A DNA stretch of 64,000 nucleotides from Candidatus Latescibacterota bacterium (GTDB lineage: Bacteria; Latescibacterota; CBDEFO01), in assembly GCA_965248755.1 (NCBI GenBank), contig OZ252149.1, forward strand, positions 2,528,001-2,592,000, written 5' to 3'. The notes beneath the pieces are model-generated. The model saw only the letters and a program-made list of their open reading frames with translations, was not told the origin of the DNA and did not search any database. A program made the position numbers and the translations under genes. Of this stretch, positions 30,087 to 40,403 are shown piece after piece. Positions within the stretch are counted from its first letter, which is position 1. Each line of letters opens with the position of its first letter.

Positions 30087-30221
30087 GTAGTAGACAGAGC
30101 ACCGCCTCCCTTTCCTTGAGACTGGTTCCGGTCTACTTCCCAACTTCTCCTGACGGGCTCGCGTTTCCTTCGGGGTCGGGGCGAGCGTCCCTCGTAATGA
30201 TTAGATGTCTGGAGGTTAAGA

Positions 30222-30292
30222 GTCATTGCAAGTATCCCCTGTGTCCTTGCGAGTCCTCCAATGTGTCATTTCGAGCCAAGCGCAGCAATCTC
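30222..30292. repeat. GTCATT(G/T)CGAG..GCAATCT palindromic repeat
   Basis: Reverse complement matches 35484-35556 and 59527-59592; related copy at 53058-53104. Confidence 0.7.
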
Positions 30293-30347
30293 GTAGACCA
30301 GTAGTCAGGGGGAAGCGGAGATGCCCTGTATGCTGTCCAGTTCCAGT

Positions 30348-31940
30348 TCACAGATCCCCTAAGAACACCCTAGTGACTCCCCTTTTGGTCCCGAACCAGA
30401 TGTATTCTCCATCGCGAAGGATCGCCTGCGCCGAGCGATGAGGCAGGCCCTCAGCTTCGGTGAACATCTCCCAGGCATGGTGTCTTCTGTCGAGCCGAAA
30501 GACGCCCGATTGGGATGCTATCCATACAAAGCCATCATCGGCACAGATATCCTTTATATCGCTGGAAGCTGCGCGCGGAGGGAAATATCTCCGCCAGTTG
30601 AGGGCATCTCTATCCGCAGAAAGTATATAGTAGCGTCCGTTCGCTACCACTCCTGTCCCGATTGAAGGAGCGGAAAGCTCCAGGGCATTTGTACCTTTGG
30701 CGATGCCTAACTCCACTGAGGTCTGTACAGGAAGAGCAGAAACCGCAAGCCATATCTCTCCTCTATCTATGGCAATAGAGGTCACAGCGGCGTTATCCAG
30801 GAGTCTGTATATGTCGGTTATTCTGGTCCACACAGAGTCTCCCTCGATTAAATCAGGGGTCGACTTTCCATCATCCTTTAGATATCTGTAGATCCCCTTT
30901 GCCGTTCCGACCCATACGCTCTCATCATCAACTTCCACATCGTAGACGGCTCCTCGTTTTATCTCGTCGGGTCCAGCTTCTTCGATGATGCCGCTTGGGA
31001 CATGGAGGCGATCCAGCCCGTAGGCTGTCCCTATCCAAAGATATTCGTCGTCCAGGCATATGTCTATAACGTTATCCTCCGACAGCCCGTCGAAGGTGGT
31101 AAGGGTGTCCCAGCGATCCTTCTTCTTGTCGTAGCTGGAAAGTCCGTTTATGGTTCCGAACCAGACGTATCTTTCTCCCACAGCGATGGATGTGACGTCG
31201 TTGGTGTTCAGACCGTCTATGTATCTTGCCTCAAAATAGACCCACTTGTTCGTATCTTTATCGAATCGGGTTACGCCAGTGGATGTACCACTTGAAGTGG
31301 AAGCTCCACCGAACCAGATGGAGGGGCCGTCTGTTCCCATAGCCGAGACGTTATTTTCGATGGGTCCGAAGGGGAGCAGTTTTAACTCCAGAATCCTCAG
31401 ATCCGCTACTCCTGTGCCGATACCCCACGTTCCGATCCAGAGATTTCCCCAGTCGTCTTGGATGCTCTCTGTTACAGAATACTTTCTAAAATAGGAATCG
31501 CTTATATATCCTTCGGGGTGGAAGAAATATCCTAAATCCATGATAAGGGAGGGGAGTTGGGGGCGTTCCTTCTTGCGGATCAAGCGACGCGCGAAGCCTC
31601 CCCCGTAGTTCCATAGGTCCCCGGGGGGATACCATCTTGCAACTCCCCTCATGGTATCAAACCATATATCGCCGGAAGTAGGATCGAAGGCAGCCCTTCT
31701 GACCCAGTTGTCAGGGAGGCCGTCGCTCGTGGTGATGGGGTTTTTCCACTCTTGTGTGTACATATCATAAACTCCGACGCCGCCTGTGGTGGCGATGTAT
31801 GCAGTCGCCCCATCGAACGTTATAGACGTAACATAGCGCATATCCAGATAACTTGTCCATCGTTCTTTATCGCGTATGTCGGCCGAGGATGGATCGCTAA
31901 AGAAAACACACAGAGCTATAATAACTATAAGCTTTCTCAT
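30348..31940 (-). CDS. Secreted beta-propeller protein (Reg_prop-like)
   Basis: Signal peptide; DGL..N.V..I..D...W.GT..G repeats. Confidence 0.75.
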   Translation of the reverse strand: MRKLIVIIALCVFFSDPSSADIRDKERWTSYLDMRYVTSITFDGATAYIATTGGVGVYDMYTQEWKNPITTSDGLPDNWVRRAAFDPTSGDIWFDTMRGVARWYPPGDLWNYGGGFARRLIRKKERPQLPSLIMDLGYFFHPEGYISDSYFRKYSVTESIQDDWGNLWIGTWGIGTGVADLRILELKLLPFGPIENNVSAMGTDGPSIWFGGASTSSGTSTGVTRFDKDTNKWVYFEARYIDGLNTNDVTSIAVGERYVWFGTINGLSSYDKKKDRWDTLTTFDGLSEDNVIDICLDDEYLWIGTAYGLDRLHVPSGIIEEAGPDEIKRGAVYDVEVDDESVWVGTAKGIYRYLKDDGKSTPDLIEGDSVWTRITDIYRLLDNAAVTSIAIDRGEIWLAVSALPVQTSVELGIAKGTNALELSAPSIGTGVVANGRYYILSADRDALNWRRYFPPRAASSDIKDICADDGFVWIASQSGVFRLDRRHHAWEMFTEAEGLPHRSAQAILRDGEYIWFGTKRGVTRVFLGDL

Positions 31941-31947
31941 AAAGAGA

Positions 31948-32722
31948 TCACCTGGCCTCGTTGAGGTAGGGCATCACGTGGAATTTGTCGAAGACGATCT
32001 TCGTATCCGCACCAGGCACACAGGCTGTTGTGGCTGAAATGCAAGGGGCCCACATGTCCATGGAGATCGCCTGAACCGCTTCCCACGCCTCCTCGGTGAA
32101 AAGCTGGAAGTAGGCCTCCAGGCTCTCCTGTTTGCGATCCTCTCCAACGTATTCGATGACGCCTTTCTGAAGATCGCAGAGGATCGTTTCGTACTTCTGG
32201 CGTTTGGCGAAGGATTTCTCGTCCACGCCAAGATAGGGGGGACTGGCCGCGTTTGACGGCTCGTTCCATTATGCCCCAGCAGCGATTCCAGCTCAGACCA
32301 GTCAAACGGCTGGCGGCTTCGATTGCTGTGCTCCTTCTCCAGATCGATGAGGTGGCACTCCAGACCCCTCCTGAGGTCGGATTCCGGCTGTGCCCATTCC
32401 GAGATCACACACCGCACCCTGTGCTCTTTGCACTTCCACGCGCGGCAGGTGTGTAGATGCTGCCACTCACGCTACGCAAGGTGATCGTAGCCCGAACAGT
32501 AATGGTCGAACTCCGGGCACGGCATCTGGATGCCCGGTTCGTGGTCTACATATGGCGATCTGCTCCGGCGAGTCGCTGAGCCGGACTTCCTTCACATATC
32601 AGGGACGCCGAATCCCCAGGGGGCGCGTGTAACGCTCTGTATCCTTCAATGTAGGCCCTCCCAACATCCGGTAGTAAAGGCTGAACTGGTCACGCTAATA
32701 TACCACAAAATGTTGGGGGCAC
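31948..32722 (-). mobile_element. ISL3-family transposase remnant
   Basis: DEKSF, SMDMW, IVFDKFHV, decayed Zn-finger N-terminus; stops and shifts; 3' truncated; probable left end near 32722. Confidence 0.85.
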
Positions 32723-32749
32723 CCACACTATTCTCAGGAGACATAGAAC

Positions 32750-35056
32750 TTATTCCACCCAGATCCGGCCCAGCGGCTGGTAGTCGTACTGCCCCCTCCA
32801 GGGTTTGAGCGTTTGCAGGGGCGTGAGGGTCTGGATCGATTTTCCCTTGTAGGTGCCTTCGACCTGGCCGGTGGGCCGGTTGACCATGACGGCTAAAGTG
32901 TAGAGGCCTGCCGGGATGTAACCGGGGATTTTGAAGATAAAGCGGTCTTTTTGATACCACCCCACCGGGAGGTCTTTGGGGATGATTTCGAGGTGCTTGG
33001 AGGCCGAAAAGCCGTGGGCCGAGGGGATTTCCATGCGGTCGTTCACGAAGGCGAATTCAGCGATGAACTTGGCATTGGCCGCACCGGTGCGCTGAACCAC
33101 GAAGGTGAGTTCAAAGAGTTCGCTCCTCTGCACGATGCCGTCGATCAGTCCGGAACCAAAGGGGAGGGGCGTTCCGAGGGTCTTTGAAACGCCCCGGTCC
33201 AGGCCCTCGATCTCGAAGCCGACGAAGCGGAGGTCTTTGAAATAGTCCCCTTCCGAACGGACGACCACCGGCGGGGGCTGCGAGGAGGCCTCGGCGGGAG
33301 GCTTCGGCTCGATTTTGAGGAGGTGGGGATCGACGGGGGAGCGCACGGTCCGAAAGTGGTCGTATTCCGCGGGCATCCGGTCGTCTAAAATGGTGTGGAT
33401 GGGGCGGCCCGGGAAATCTTCGAGGAGGCCGTTGAGGATGCGTAACCGATCGGCGACGTTGAGGCTCAGGCGAAGGTCCCTGGCGTTGCGGACGAGGGGC
33501 CGGTCCAGGGCTATTTCACCCCTGAACCGGGGCGCCAGCCGCCCCAGGGTGTGGATGGTGATGTCCGGGCGAAGCCCGCGGACGATCTGGAAATACTTGT
33601 AGCGGGTGGCATATCCGTCATCTTCTCCGATGATGATGGCGTTTTCGGGGAGTCGTTCGAACTGCTCCTGAAGTTTTCGGTACCGAGTTTCGTCTCCGGT
33701 TATCCGGGTGACGGCGGGGTGGTGATGGATGAGCAGGTAGAGTGGCAGGGTCGAGGCGAGGGTTAGAGCGCTAACGACAGCCAGGGAGCGTGGGAGGCGC
33801 GATGGGAGGAATTGAATGATGCGGTGTAGACCTAGTCCGGCAAATGCGGTTAGGAAGAAAAACGACGGCATATAGAAGACGTCCCGGTCGGGTACCTGAT
33901 AGGACAGGACAGGGAAGAGGGTGCAGAGGAAGGCGATCAGAAGCATTGTGCCGAAAAGTCCCGATTCGTGGGGTGTTCGGGAGAAGATCAGGACGAGCAG
34001 GCCATGCCGTTCACGCCGGGGCTTCGCGCGCCTGGCTTTTCTTTCTACTTTTTTGCGTTCTTTCCTCGATTGCACAGCTCCCTGCTTTGGCCATTTTGGG
34101 CGACGTCTCAAGGGATCGATTGCCAGCGCGCCAATGCCGGCGACTGCGAGAATTGCCGCGACAGGCGAGCAGTTGGTCGAGTACGACCGTAGATATGACC
34201 AGACCAGAGCTGGATAGGAACCGAGGGGGACGCCCAGGATCTTTCCGGTTGTGAATTCTTCCCCGGAGAGATACCACCAGTACCACCGGGGCGACTGGAC
34301 CTCATAGCCGTTGAGGTAGACGAAGTCGCTGATAAACCCGCTGTTTTGGGCCAAACGGATCGGGATATAGACAAAAGGGACGAGACCGATGATCCCCCAG
34401 AAGGCCGCTCGGATTGCGCGGCCTTTTCTCCACTGACCGTTTTCGACCCATGCGCCGCTGCGAAGCGTCAGGTAGGCCGCGGCCGGGACAATAAGGGCCA
34501 TCAGGAGGATATTGCTGGTTGCGCTGAGGGCAAGGGTGAAGATGAGGAGATAGAGCGTTTGACCTTTTCGGGTGCGGAGCCAGCGGGCCGTGAGGTAGAG
34601 GAAGAGGCCGAGGAAGGTGAGTTGAAGGGCGTAGACCTCTGCGATGGCGGCGTGGATCCAGAAGATGAAGCCGAAGGCAAATACCCCCCAGACGCCGATG
34701 GCTGCCGCAGGGTTTTCGGTTGTTTCATAGATGGCCAAAGCCAGAAAGAGGGCGGCCAGTGCACCGCAGGTGACGGAGGTCAAGATGACCCCGACGTCCG
34801 GGCCGTCGAAGGGGAGGTAGGTGAAGAGGTGTGCTAGGATAAGGTAGAGGGGATGTCCCGGCGGGTGGTCAATGCCGAGGGTGTGCGCCGCGATGACCAT
34901 TTCCGCGCCGTCGATGGCATAGATCGTATCGAGAGCCCAAACCTGGGCCATGGTCCAGCAGTAGACCCCAAACGGGACGCCGAAGGCCAAGAGGTAGAGG
35001 AGACGCTTAGAGGACAGGATGCCGGATCTAAATAGATGCATGAACGTTTTTGACAC
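32750..35056 (-). CDS. DUF2723/TMEM260-like membrane glycosyltransferase (high GC)
   Basis: DGAE....A..LGIDHPPGHPLY, WIHAAIAEVYAL; many TM helices. Confidence 0.75.
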   Translation of the reverse strand: MSKTFMHLFRSGILSSKRLLYLLAFGVPFGVYCWTMAQVWALDTIYAIDGAEMVIAAHTLGIDHPPGHPLYLILAHLFTYLPFDGPDVGVILTSVTCGALAALFLALAIYETTENPAAAIGVWGVFAFGFIFWIHAAIAEVYALQLTFLGLFLYLTARWLRTRKGQTLYLLIFTLALSATSNILLMALIVPAAAYLTLRSGAWVENGQWRKGRAIRAAFWGIIGLVPFVYIPIRLAQNSGFISDFVYLNGYEVQSPRWYWWYLSGEEFTTGKILGVPLGSYPALVWSYLRSYSTNCSPVAAILAVAGIGALAIDPLRRRPKWPKQGAVQSRKERKKVERKARRAKPRRERHGLLVLIFSRTPHESGLFGTMLLIAFLCTLFPVLSYQVPDRDVFYMPSFFFLTAFAGLGLHRIIQFLPSRLPRSLAVVSALTLASTLPLYLLIHHHPAVTRITGDETRYRKLQEQFERLPENAIIIGEDDGYATRYKYFQIVRGLRPDITIHTLGRLAPRFRGEIALDRPLVRNARDLRLSLNVADRLRILNGLLEDFPGRPIHTILDDRMPAEYDHFRTVRSPVDPHLLKIEPKPPAEASSQPPPVVVRSEGDYFKDLRFVGFEIEGLDRGVSKTLGTPLPFGSGLIDGIVQRSELFELTFVVQRTGAANAKFIAEFAFVNDRMEIPSAHGFSASKHLEIIPKDLPVGWYQKDRFIFKIPGYIPAGLYTLAVMVNRPTGQVEGTYKGKSIQTLTPLQTLKPWRGQYDYQPLGRIWVE

Positions 35057-35338
35057 TAGCCATTTTGTCTGTTCGCCTTGAGATTAAACCCTCAAGCTGG
35101 CTTTCGACATGTTCTCTGAGTCCCTGATCGACGGGGCTTGACGGGACTTTCGCGCCGGTGGCTTTGAGTTTGTCCGAACAGTAGATGCCATGGCAGATAA
35201 AGGAGCGGTACCGGGGTGGTCGGCGAGGTGCTGGCTGACCGGGACCTCCTCGATGTTGCGCTCGCGGGCGCCGAGGATGCAGACGACAATTCGGTCAATT
35301 GTGCAAATGGTCCCTATCTGACAACTCTAAGCCAACTA

Positions 35339-35404
35339 AAGCTAAGGGATTTATTCACCGTTGTCAACGAAATGTTTGACAAAGGGGTCTATGATAGTTA
35401 TCTT
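35339..35404. promoter_or_regulatory. Back-to-back sigma70-like promoters
   Basis: Plus strand TTGACA(35376)-17-TATCTT; minus strand TTGACA(35367)-17-TAGCTT. Confidence 0.6.
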
Positions 35405-35665
35405 TTCAAATAATAGAAACTTCATCGGCGATCCGAAAGTCTAAAATCTATACGAAAGAGACAAACAAGTAGACAGCATACAGAGAGATTTCTTCGCTGC
35501 CCCTTCGCTTCGCTCTGGGCTTTGGCTCGCAATGACACGAGGGGTACTTGCAATAACGTTGCTTGCTCAGATCCTCAGTCATTGCCAGGGATGAAATCCC
35601 GAAGCAACGTCAAGTGAGGGGAAGAAGTGCCCCCTGACTACTGTCTACACAAAAAAGGGATCTTT

Positions 35666-36628
35666 ATGTCTTTTAGAAATGCCTTTTTATACTGGACGAT
35701 TCTGACGTTGTGCGTTGCAACTTGCACGTTTCATAAGTCAGAGGCGGCGACAAAGTTCGCCGGGGATTTTCTGGCATTTGGAGCCGGAGCAAGAGCTCTC
35801 GGTATGGGCGGAGCCTTCGTAGCAGTAAGTGACGACGCCACGGCTGTATACTGGAATCCCGCAGGCTTGACCCAATTGAGAAAAAAAGAGGCTATTGTGA
35901 TGCACTCGGAGCGGTTCGGAGGGGAGTTCAAATACGATTTGTTCGGCGTTGCTCTCCCGATAGAACAATTGGGAGGAGTCGGAATAAATGTCGTAAGAGT
36001 CGGATCGGATGACATCAAATTCACGGAACTTCCCGACCCATCGGAGGAGATCAGCGGAAGGAACCGCCCTCGGGTCTCAAAGATCGTAAGCAACACCGAT
36101 TACGGAATATTTCTTTCAAACGGACGGAGAGTCTTTACGGATCTTTCTTTAGGAGGAAGCATCAAGTTTATCACAAGGTCAATAGGTGATAATACGGCGT
36201 TCGGGTATGGGATAGACATAGGCGTCCTCTACACATCTTCGGTGGGGTTCTCGATAGGGCTCAATCTGGCGGACGTCACCTCTACGAAAATCACGTGGGA
36301 CACTGGAGCCAAGGATAAGATAGAACCCTCCTTAATCCTGGGTGCTGCATATACCTGGAACCTGCCCTTCCCGGAAAGCAAAATTACAGGGGCGTTCAGT
36401 TCAGATGTAGGAGGAGAATCATCCTCGGGGATAGACACAGGAACAAACAACAGCGGTGTAGAGTACTGGTACCGGGATACTATCGCTATAAGAGCCGGCT
36501 TCCAGGGGGGAAATCTCACGGCAGGTGCAGGCTTGAGGTTATATCGTAAATTCGGATTGGACCTGGCCTTTCTAAGCCACGATGATCTGGATAATACGTA
36601 CCCTATATCAGCGTCTTTACAGTTTTGA
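35666..36628 (+). CDS. PorV/PorQ family (UPF0164) outer-membrane beta-barrel
   Basis: FL..GAGARALGMGGAFVAVSDDATAVYWNPAGL; C-terminal Phe. Confidence 0.85.
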   Translation: MSFRNAFLYWTILTLCVATCTFHKSEAATKFAGDFLAFGAGARALGMGGAFVAVSDDATAVYWNPAGLTQLRKKEAIVMHSERFGGEFKYDLFGVALPIEQLGGVGINVVRVGSDDIKFTELPDPSEEISGRNRPRVSKIVSNTDYGIFLSNGRRVFTDLSLGGSIKFITRSIGDNTAFGYGIDIGVLYTSSVGFSIGLNLADVTSTKITWDTGAKDKIEPSLILGAAYTWNLPFPESKITGAFSSDVGGESSSGIDTGTNNSGVEYWYRDTIAIRAGFQGGNLTAGAGLRLYRKFGLDLAFLSHDDLDNTYPISASLQF

Positions 36629-36633
36629 GGGCT

Positions 36634-37206
36634 ATGATAGAAAAGGTAAAAGATAGGTTAGAAGAGAGCGCACAGGTAAAAAGAAAGATGATTGAGGAAG
36701 GTTCCGCGGATGATATTGTAAGAATATCCGACTGCATCATAGAATCGCTCCATTCGGAGGGAAAGCTCCTTTTGTGCGGAAATGGAGGCAGCGCAGCGGA
36801 TTCCCAGCATATGGCCGCTGAGCTTGTGGGAAGGTTCAAGATAGATAGAAAGGGCCTTCCGGCCATATCGCTGACGACAGATACATCTATTTTGACGGCG
36901 CTGTCAAACGATTACGACTACGATTCAGTATTTTCCCGTCAAATAGAAGCCCTGGGCAAGGCGGGAGACACACTCGTGGCTTTCTCTACAAGTGGAAACT
37001 CCAAGAATGTCCTCGAGGCAGTGGAAATAGCCAAAAAGATGGGCATCCGGACAGTGGGATTCACCGGAGGCGACGGAGGAAAGCTCGTAAAAGCGGTGGA
37101 TATCTGCCTTGTGGTTTCTGCAGTGGGCTCCGACTTGATTCAAGAGGGGCATATTACCGCTTATCATATCATCTGCGGATTCATCGAAGAGGAATTCACC
37201 TCTTAA
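36634..37206 (+). CDS. gmhA: D-sedoheptulose-7-phosphate isomerase
   Basis: CGNGGSAADSQH, NDY, FSRQ, STSGNS, IQEGH. Confidence 0.92.
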   Translation: MIEKVKDRLEESAQVKRKMIEEGSADDIVRISDCIIESLHSEGKLLLCGNGGSAADSQHMAAELVGRFKIDRKGLPAISLTTDTSILTALSNDYDYDSVFSRQIEALGKAGDTLVAFSTSGNSKNVLEAVEIAKKMGIRTVGFTGGDGGKLVKAVDICLVVSAVGSDLIQEGHITAYHIICGFIEEEFTS

Positions 37207-37369
37207 TCCTTCCTGAAGATTCAACTTACCGAGCCTGTGCCTCATGCTTTGCCGGGCAGGCACGTGTTTCTCCTTGACTTTGAGGGATAAATAGTGTTTC
37301 ATTTTACGTAACATTTTCACAGCTGTCGCGAACGTGGAGGCTCCAATCGTCAATGGAGGTGATACCACA

Positions 37370-37909
37370 ATGGAAAGGCTGATTGCAATAATATTTGCAG
37401 GGATGTTAATTATATCTTTGTGGACAGGATGCGCCCTTGCGGGGCACAGTAGCGATAATGACGCGTTGACCGTCAAAGATATAATGGAGATGATCGCCGC
37501 GAAGGTCGGAGACGAAGTGATAATAAGTCAAATCGAGGCTACAGGCTCGGTCTTTCATCTCTCAACGCAAGAGATAATCGCTCTAAAAGATGCAGGTATA
37601 AGCGATAAAGTGATAAAAGCTATGATAGACACAGGGATGAAGAGTCCTTCCTATCAAAGACGGACGGGCTTCACAATCTCCCCGAAGCGCCGTTATCGTT
37701 ACAGCACTCCTTATTACTACCGGACGCTCCATCGTGAGGTTTATTACTATCCGTCGCACTTCCCCACAGTCTATTACTATCCATCGCATTTCCCTACCTT
37801 AATTATAGTGCACCGCAGCATTCATGGTAAGGATCACCAGATACATCAAAGGCATTTCAATCACGGGTCGCATACCGTCCATGGCTGGAAGAGAAAAGCA
37901 GGATTGTAG
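37370..37909 (+). CDS. Hypothetical secreted protein
   Basis: Signal peptide; F.LST.EII.LK.AG.SD.VI.AM; YYYPSHFPT duplicated. Confidence 0.65.
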   Translation: MERLIAIIFAGMLIISLWTGCALAGHSSDNDALTVKDIMEMIAAKVGDEVIISQIEATGSVFHLSTQEIIALKDAGISDKVIKAMIDTGMKSPSYQRRTGFTISPKRRYRYSTPYYYRTLHREVYYYPSHFPTVYYYPSHFPTLIIVHRSIHGKDHQIHQRHFNHGSHTVHGWKRKAGL

Positions 37910-37995
37910 TGGAAGTGGGTTTAGATGGGCAGATACTCCCTACATCGTGATTTAGACAAAATATAACCAAAACTTCTATACGCTGAAAAAGTCCG

Positions 37996-38709
37996 GTGAA
38001 GTCTCTCATAATCATACCCACCTACAACGAGAAAGAGAATATCCGGGAAATTATTCAGGAGATATTCAAGCTCAGTTTGTGCTTCGAGGTGCTCGTCGTA
38101 GACGACAACTCTCCCGACGGAACCGGAGAGATCGTTGATAGGCTTTGCGCCGATAATCCTAAAGTTCACGTCATACACAGACCCCGAAAGATGGGTCTGG
38201 GATCGGCCTATGAGGATGGTTTCAGATTCGCTTTAGAGAAAGATTACGACATCGTCTTTGAGATGGACGCCGATTTTTCCCACGATCCCGGTTATCTACC
38301 GATCTTCCTTGAGCAGATAAAGGAATGCGACCTCGTTTTGGGGTCTCGCTACATACGGGGGATCAGGGTTACAAACTGGCCCTTGGGAAGGCTCCTTTTG
38401 AGCTACTTTGCGAACATATACGCCAGAACAGTCACCGGCCTACCCGTAAAAGACACCACAGGCGGATTCAAATGCTTCAGACGAGAAGTCCTGGAGAGCA
38501 TAGACCTGGACAAGGTGAGCTCGGAAGGGTACTCGTTTCAGATCGAAATGACCTTCAGAGCCTGGAAGAAGGGCTTCAGGATATGCGAGATTCCCATAAC
38601 CTTTCGGGACAGACAGAAGGGCAAATCCAAAATGTCCTTTAAAATCAACAGAGAAGCCGTCTGGATGGTCTGGAAGCTGCGCCTGTTGGGAATCTTAAGG
38701 AGAATATAA
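37996..38709 (+). CDS. Polyprenol monophosphomannose synthase (GT2)
   Basis: IIPTYNE, VDDNSPDGT, EMDADFSH, GSRY. Confidence 0.9.
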   Translation: MKSLIIIPTYNEKENIREIIQEIFKLSLCFEVLVVDDNSPDGTGEIVDRLCADNPKVHVIHRPRKMGLGSAYEDGFRFALEKDYDIVFEMDADFSHDPGYLPIFLEQIKECDLVLGSRYIRGIRVTNWPLGRLLLSYFANIYARTVTGLPVKDTTGGFKCFRREVLESIDLDKVSSEGYSFQIEMTFRAWKKGFRICEIPITFRDRQKGKSKMSFKINREAVWMVWKLRLLGILRRI

Positions 38710-38714
38710 CCAGT

Positions 38715-40403
38715 ATGGACCTTTCCGTTGTAATAGTAAGCTACAACGTCAAGAGCTTCCTGGAGCACGCCTTAAGAACCATAACAGACGCCTCACAGGG
38801 ACTTGAGGTGGAGATATTCACCGTTGATAACAACTCGGCAGACGGGAGCCCAAAGATGGTGGAGAGCCAGTTCCCCGACGTTCGGCTAATATGCAACGAC
38901 CGTAATGTAGGCTTTGCCAAAGCCAACAACCAGGCTATCCAACTTTGCAAGGGACGCCATATCCTCCTTATCAACGCTGATACCATAGTCCACCGGGATA
39001 CACTAAGAACTATGGTCAAATTTATGGACGAGTACAAGGACGCTGGGGCAGCAGGATGTAAGATTCTAAACCCTGACGGCACACTGCAGCTCTCCTGCAG
39101 GAGAGGCTTCCCCTCGCCCGATGTGGCGTTCTACAAGATAGTAGGGCTTTCCAACCTCTTTCCCAAAAGCCGCAGATTCGGAAGATACAATCTTACCTAT
39201 CTCGACCCCTCAAAGACTCACGAAGTAGACGCCCTGTCCGGGTCGTTCATGATCGTCAGGAAGGAGATACTCGACCAGGTCGGTCTTTTGGACGACAGGT
39301 GGTTTTTCTACGCCGAAGACCTCGATTGGTGCTATCGCATTAAGCAGGCCGGCTGGAAGGTCTATTACGTTCCCGAAACAGAGATAATACACTTTAAAGG
39401 CGAAAGCTCCAAGAAAGTTTCTAAGATCAAAGACCGCATAACATTCTACAGGGCGATGTACATATTCGTCCAGAAGCATTTTAAGAAGCGCCTCTTATTT
39501 ATCCCCTTGGAATGGTTTCTGACTGTGGGAATAATCTTAAGAGGGCTCATTTCCATCCTGGTAAGGACAGGGGAAAAGTTCCTTTGGCCTACAATCGACT
39601 CGGCTTTAGTCCTTTTGGGCCTATTTGTGGGCATAACACTGCGATTTGACGAGGATTTCATAATAAATAGAATATTGCAGGACTCCACAAAGCCGCCTGC
39701 CTTTTCCCAATGGGAATGGATAGCTATATACGTCTTCTGCTGGGCGTCCTGGCTTATATCCTTCTGGCTTTTGGGCCTGTATGACAGACATAAATATTCT
39801 CCTTTCAGAGCGCTTCTGGGAGTACTTACGGGCTATCTTCCCATAGCTTTTGCCGGATTCTCCTTCAGAGAGTACCACTTCTCCCGAATAGCGATGTTCT
39901 ACGCCTGGCCTATAAACTGTGCCTTCATCACCGGATGGAGAACTCTCTTCTACATAATATCTAAGGCACTGATAGGAAGGGACATAGGTAGGAGACGCTC
40001 GCTCATAGTCGGAGCAGAAGAAGAAGGCGCGTCGTTTATGCGGATGTTGAACGAGCAGCAATTGGACTATGAGGTGGTGGGATTTGTGGACTCAAGAGAG
40101 GAGATGAGAGGCAATTTAGTCGAAGGAAAAGGCGTTATAGGAGTCATCGATGACCTTCCCGCGCTGGTGCGTGAGTATAGAGTCGATGAAATCATAGTAA
40201 CCACCAAAGACGTGCCCTATTCAGATTTACTCGGACTCAGTCCGCGACTTTTTGGACCTGCCCTCCAACTCAAGCTTGTCCCCGGCTCTTTCGATTCCCT
40301 TATGAACGGAAGAAACATAGAGCACATTGACGACCTTCCCCTTGTGGAAATCGCCTACAGACCAAAAGGCATCTTGAACAGGATCTTCAGGAGAGATCTT
40401 TGA
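38715..40403 (+). CDS. GT2 glycosyltransferase with TM region and CoA-binding-like domain
   Basis: VVIVSYN, VDNNS.DG, NVGFAKANN, EDLDWC; IVGA..EVVGFVD. Confidence 0.85.
   Translation: MDLSVVIVSYNVKSFLEHALRTITDASQGLEVEIFTVDNNSADGSPKMVESQFPDVRLICNDRNVGFAKANNQAIQLCKGRHILLINADTIVHRDTLRTMVKFMDEYKDAGAAGCKILNPDGTLQLSCRRGFPSPDVAFYKIVGLSNLFPKSRRFGRYNLTYLDPSKTHEVDALSGSFMIVRKEILDQVGLLDDRWFFYAEDLDWCYRIKQAGWKVYYVPETEIIHFKGESSKKVSKIKDRITFYRAMYIFVQKHFKKRLLFIPLEWFLTVGIILRGLISILVRTGEKFLWPTIDSALVLLGLFVGITLRFDEDFIINRILQDSTKPPAFSQWEWIAIYVFCWASWLISFWLLGLYDRHKYSPFRALLGVLTGYLPIAFAGFSFREYHFSRIAMFYAWPINCAFITGWRTLFYIISKALIGRDIGRRRSLIVGAEEEGASFMRMLNEQQLDYEVVGFVDSREEMRGNLVEGKGVIGVIDDLPALVREYRVDEIIVTTKDVPYSDLLGLSPRLFGPALQLKLVPGSFDSLMNGRNIEHIDDLPLVEIAYRPKGILNRIFRRDL

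Noticed and set aside
35092..35310. GC-rich short ORF or structured RNA
   Set aside because: No recognisable motif; probably a gene fragment at the islet boundary.
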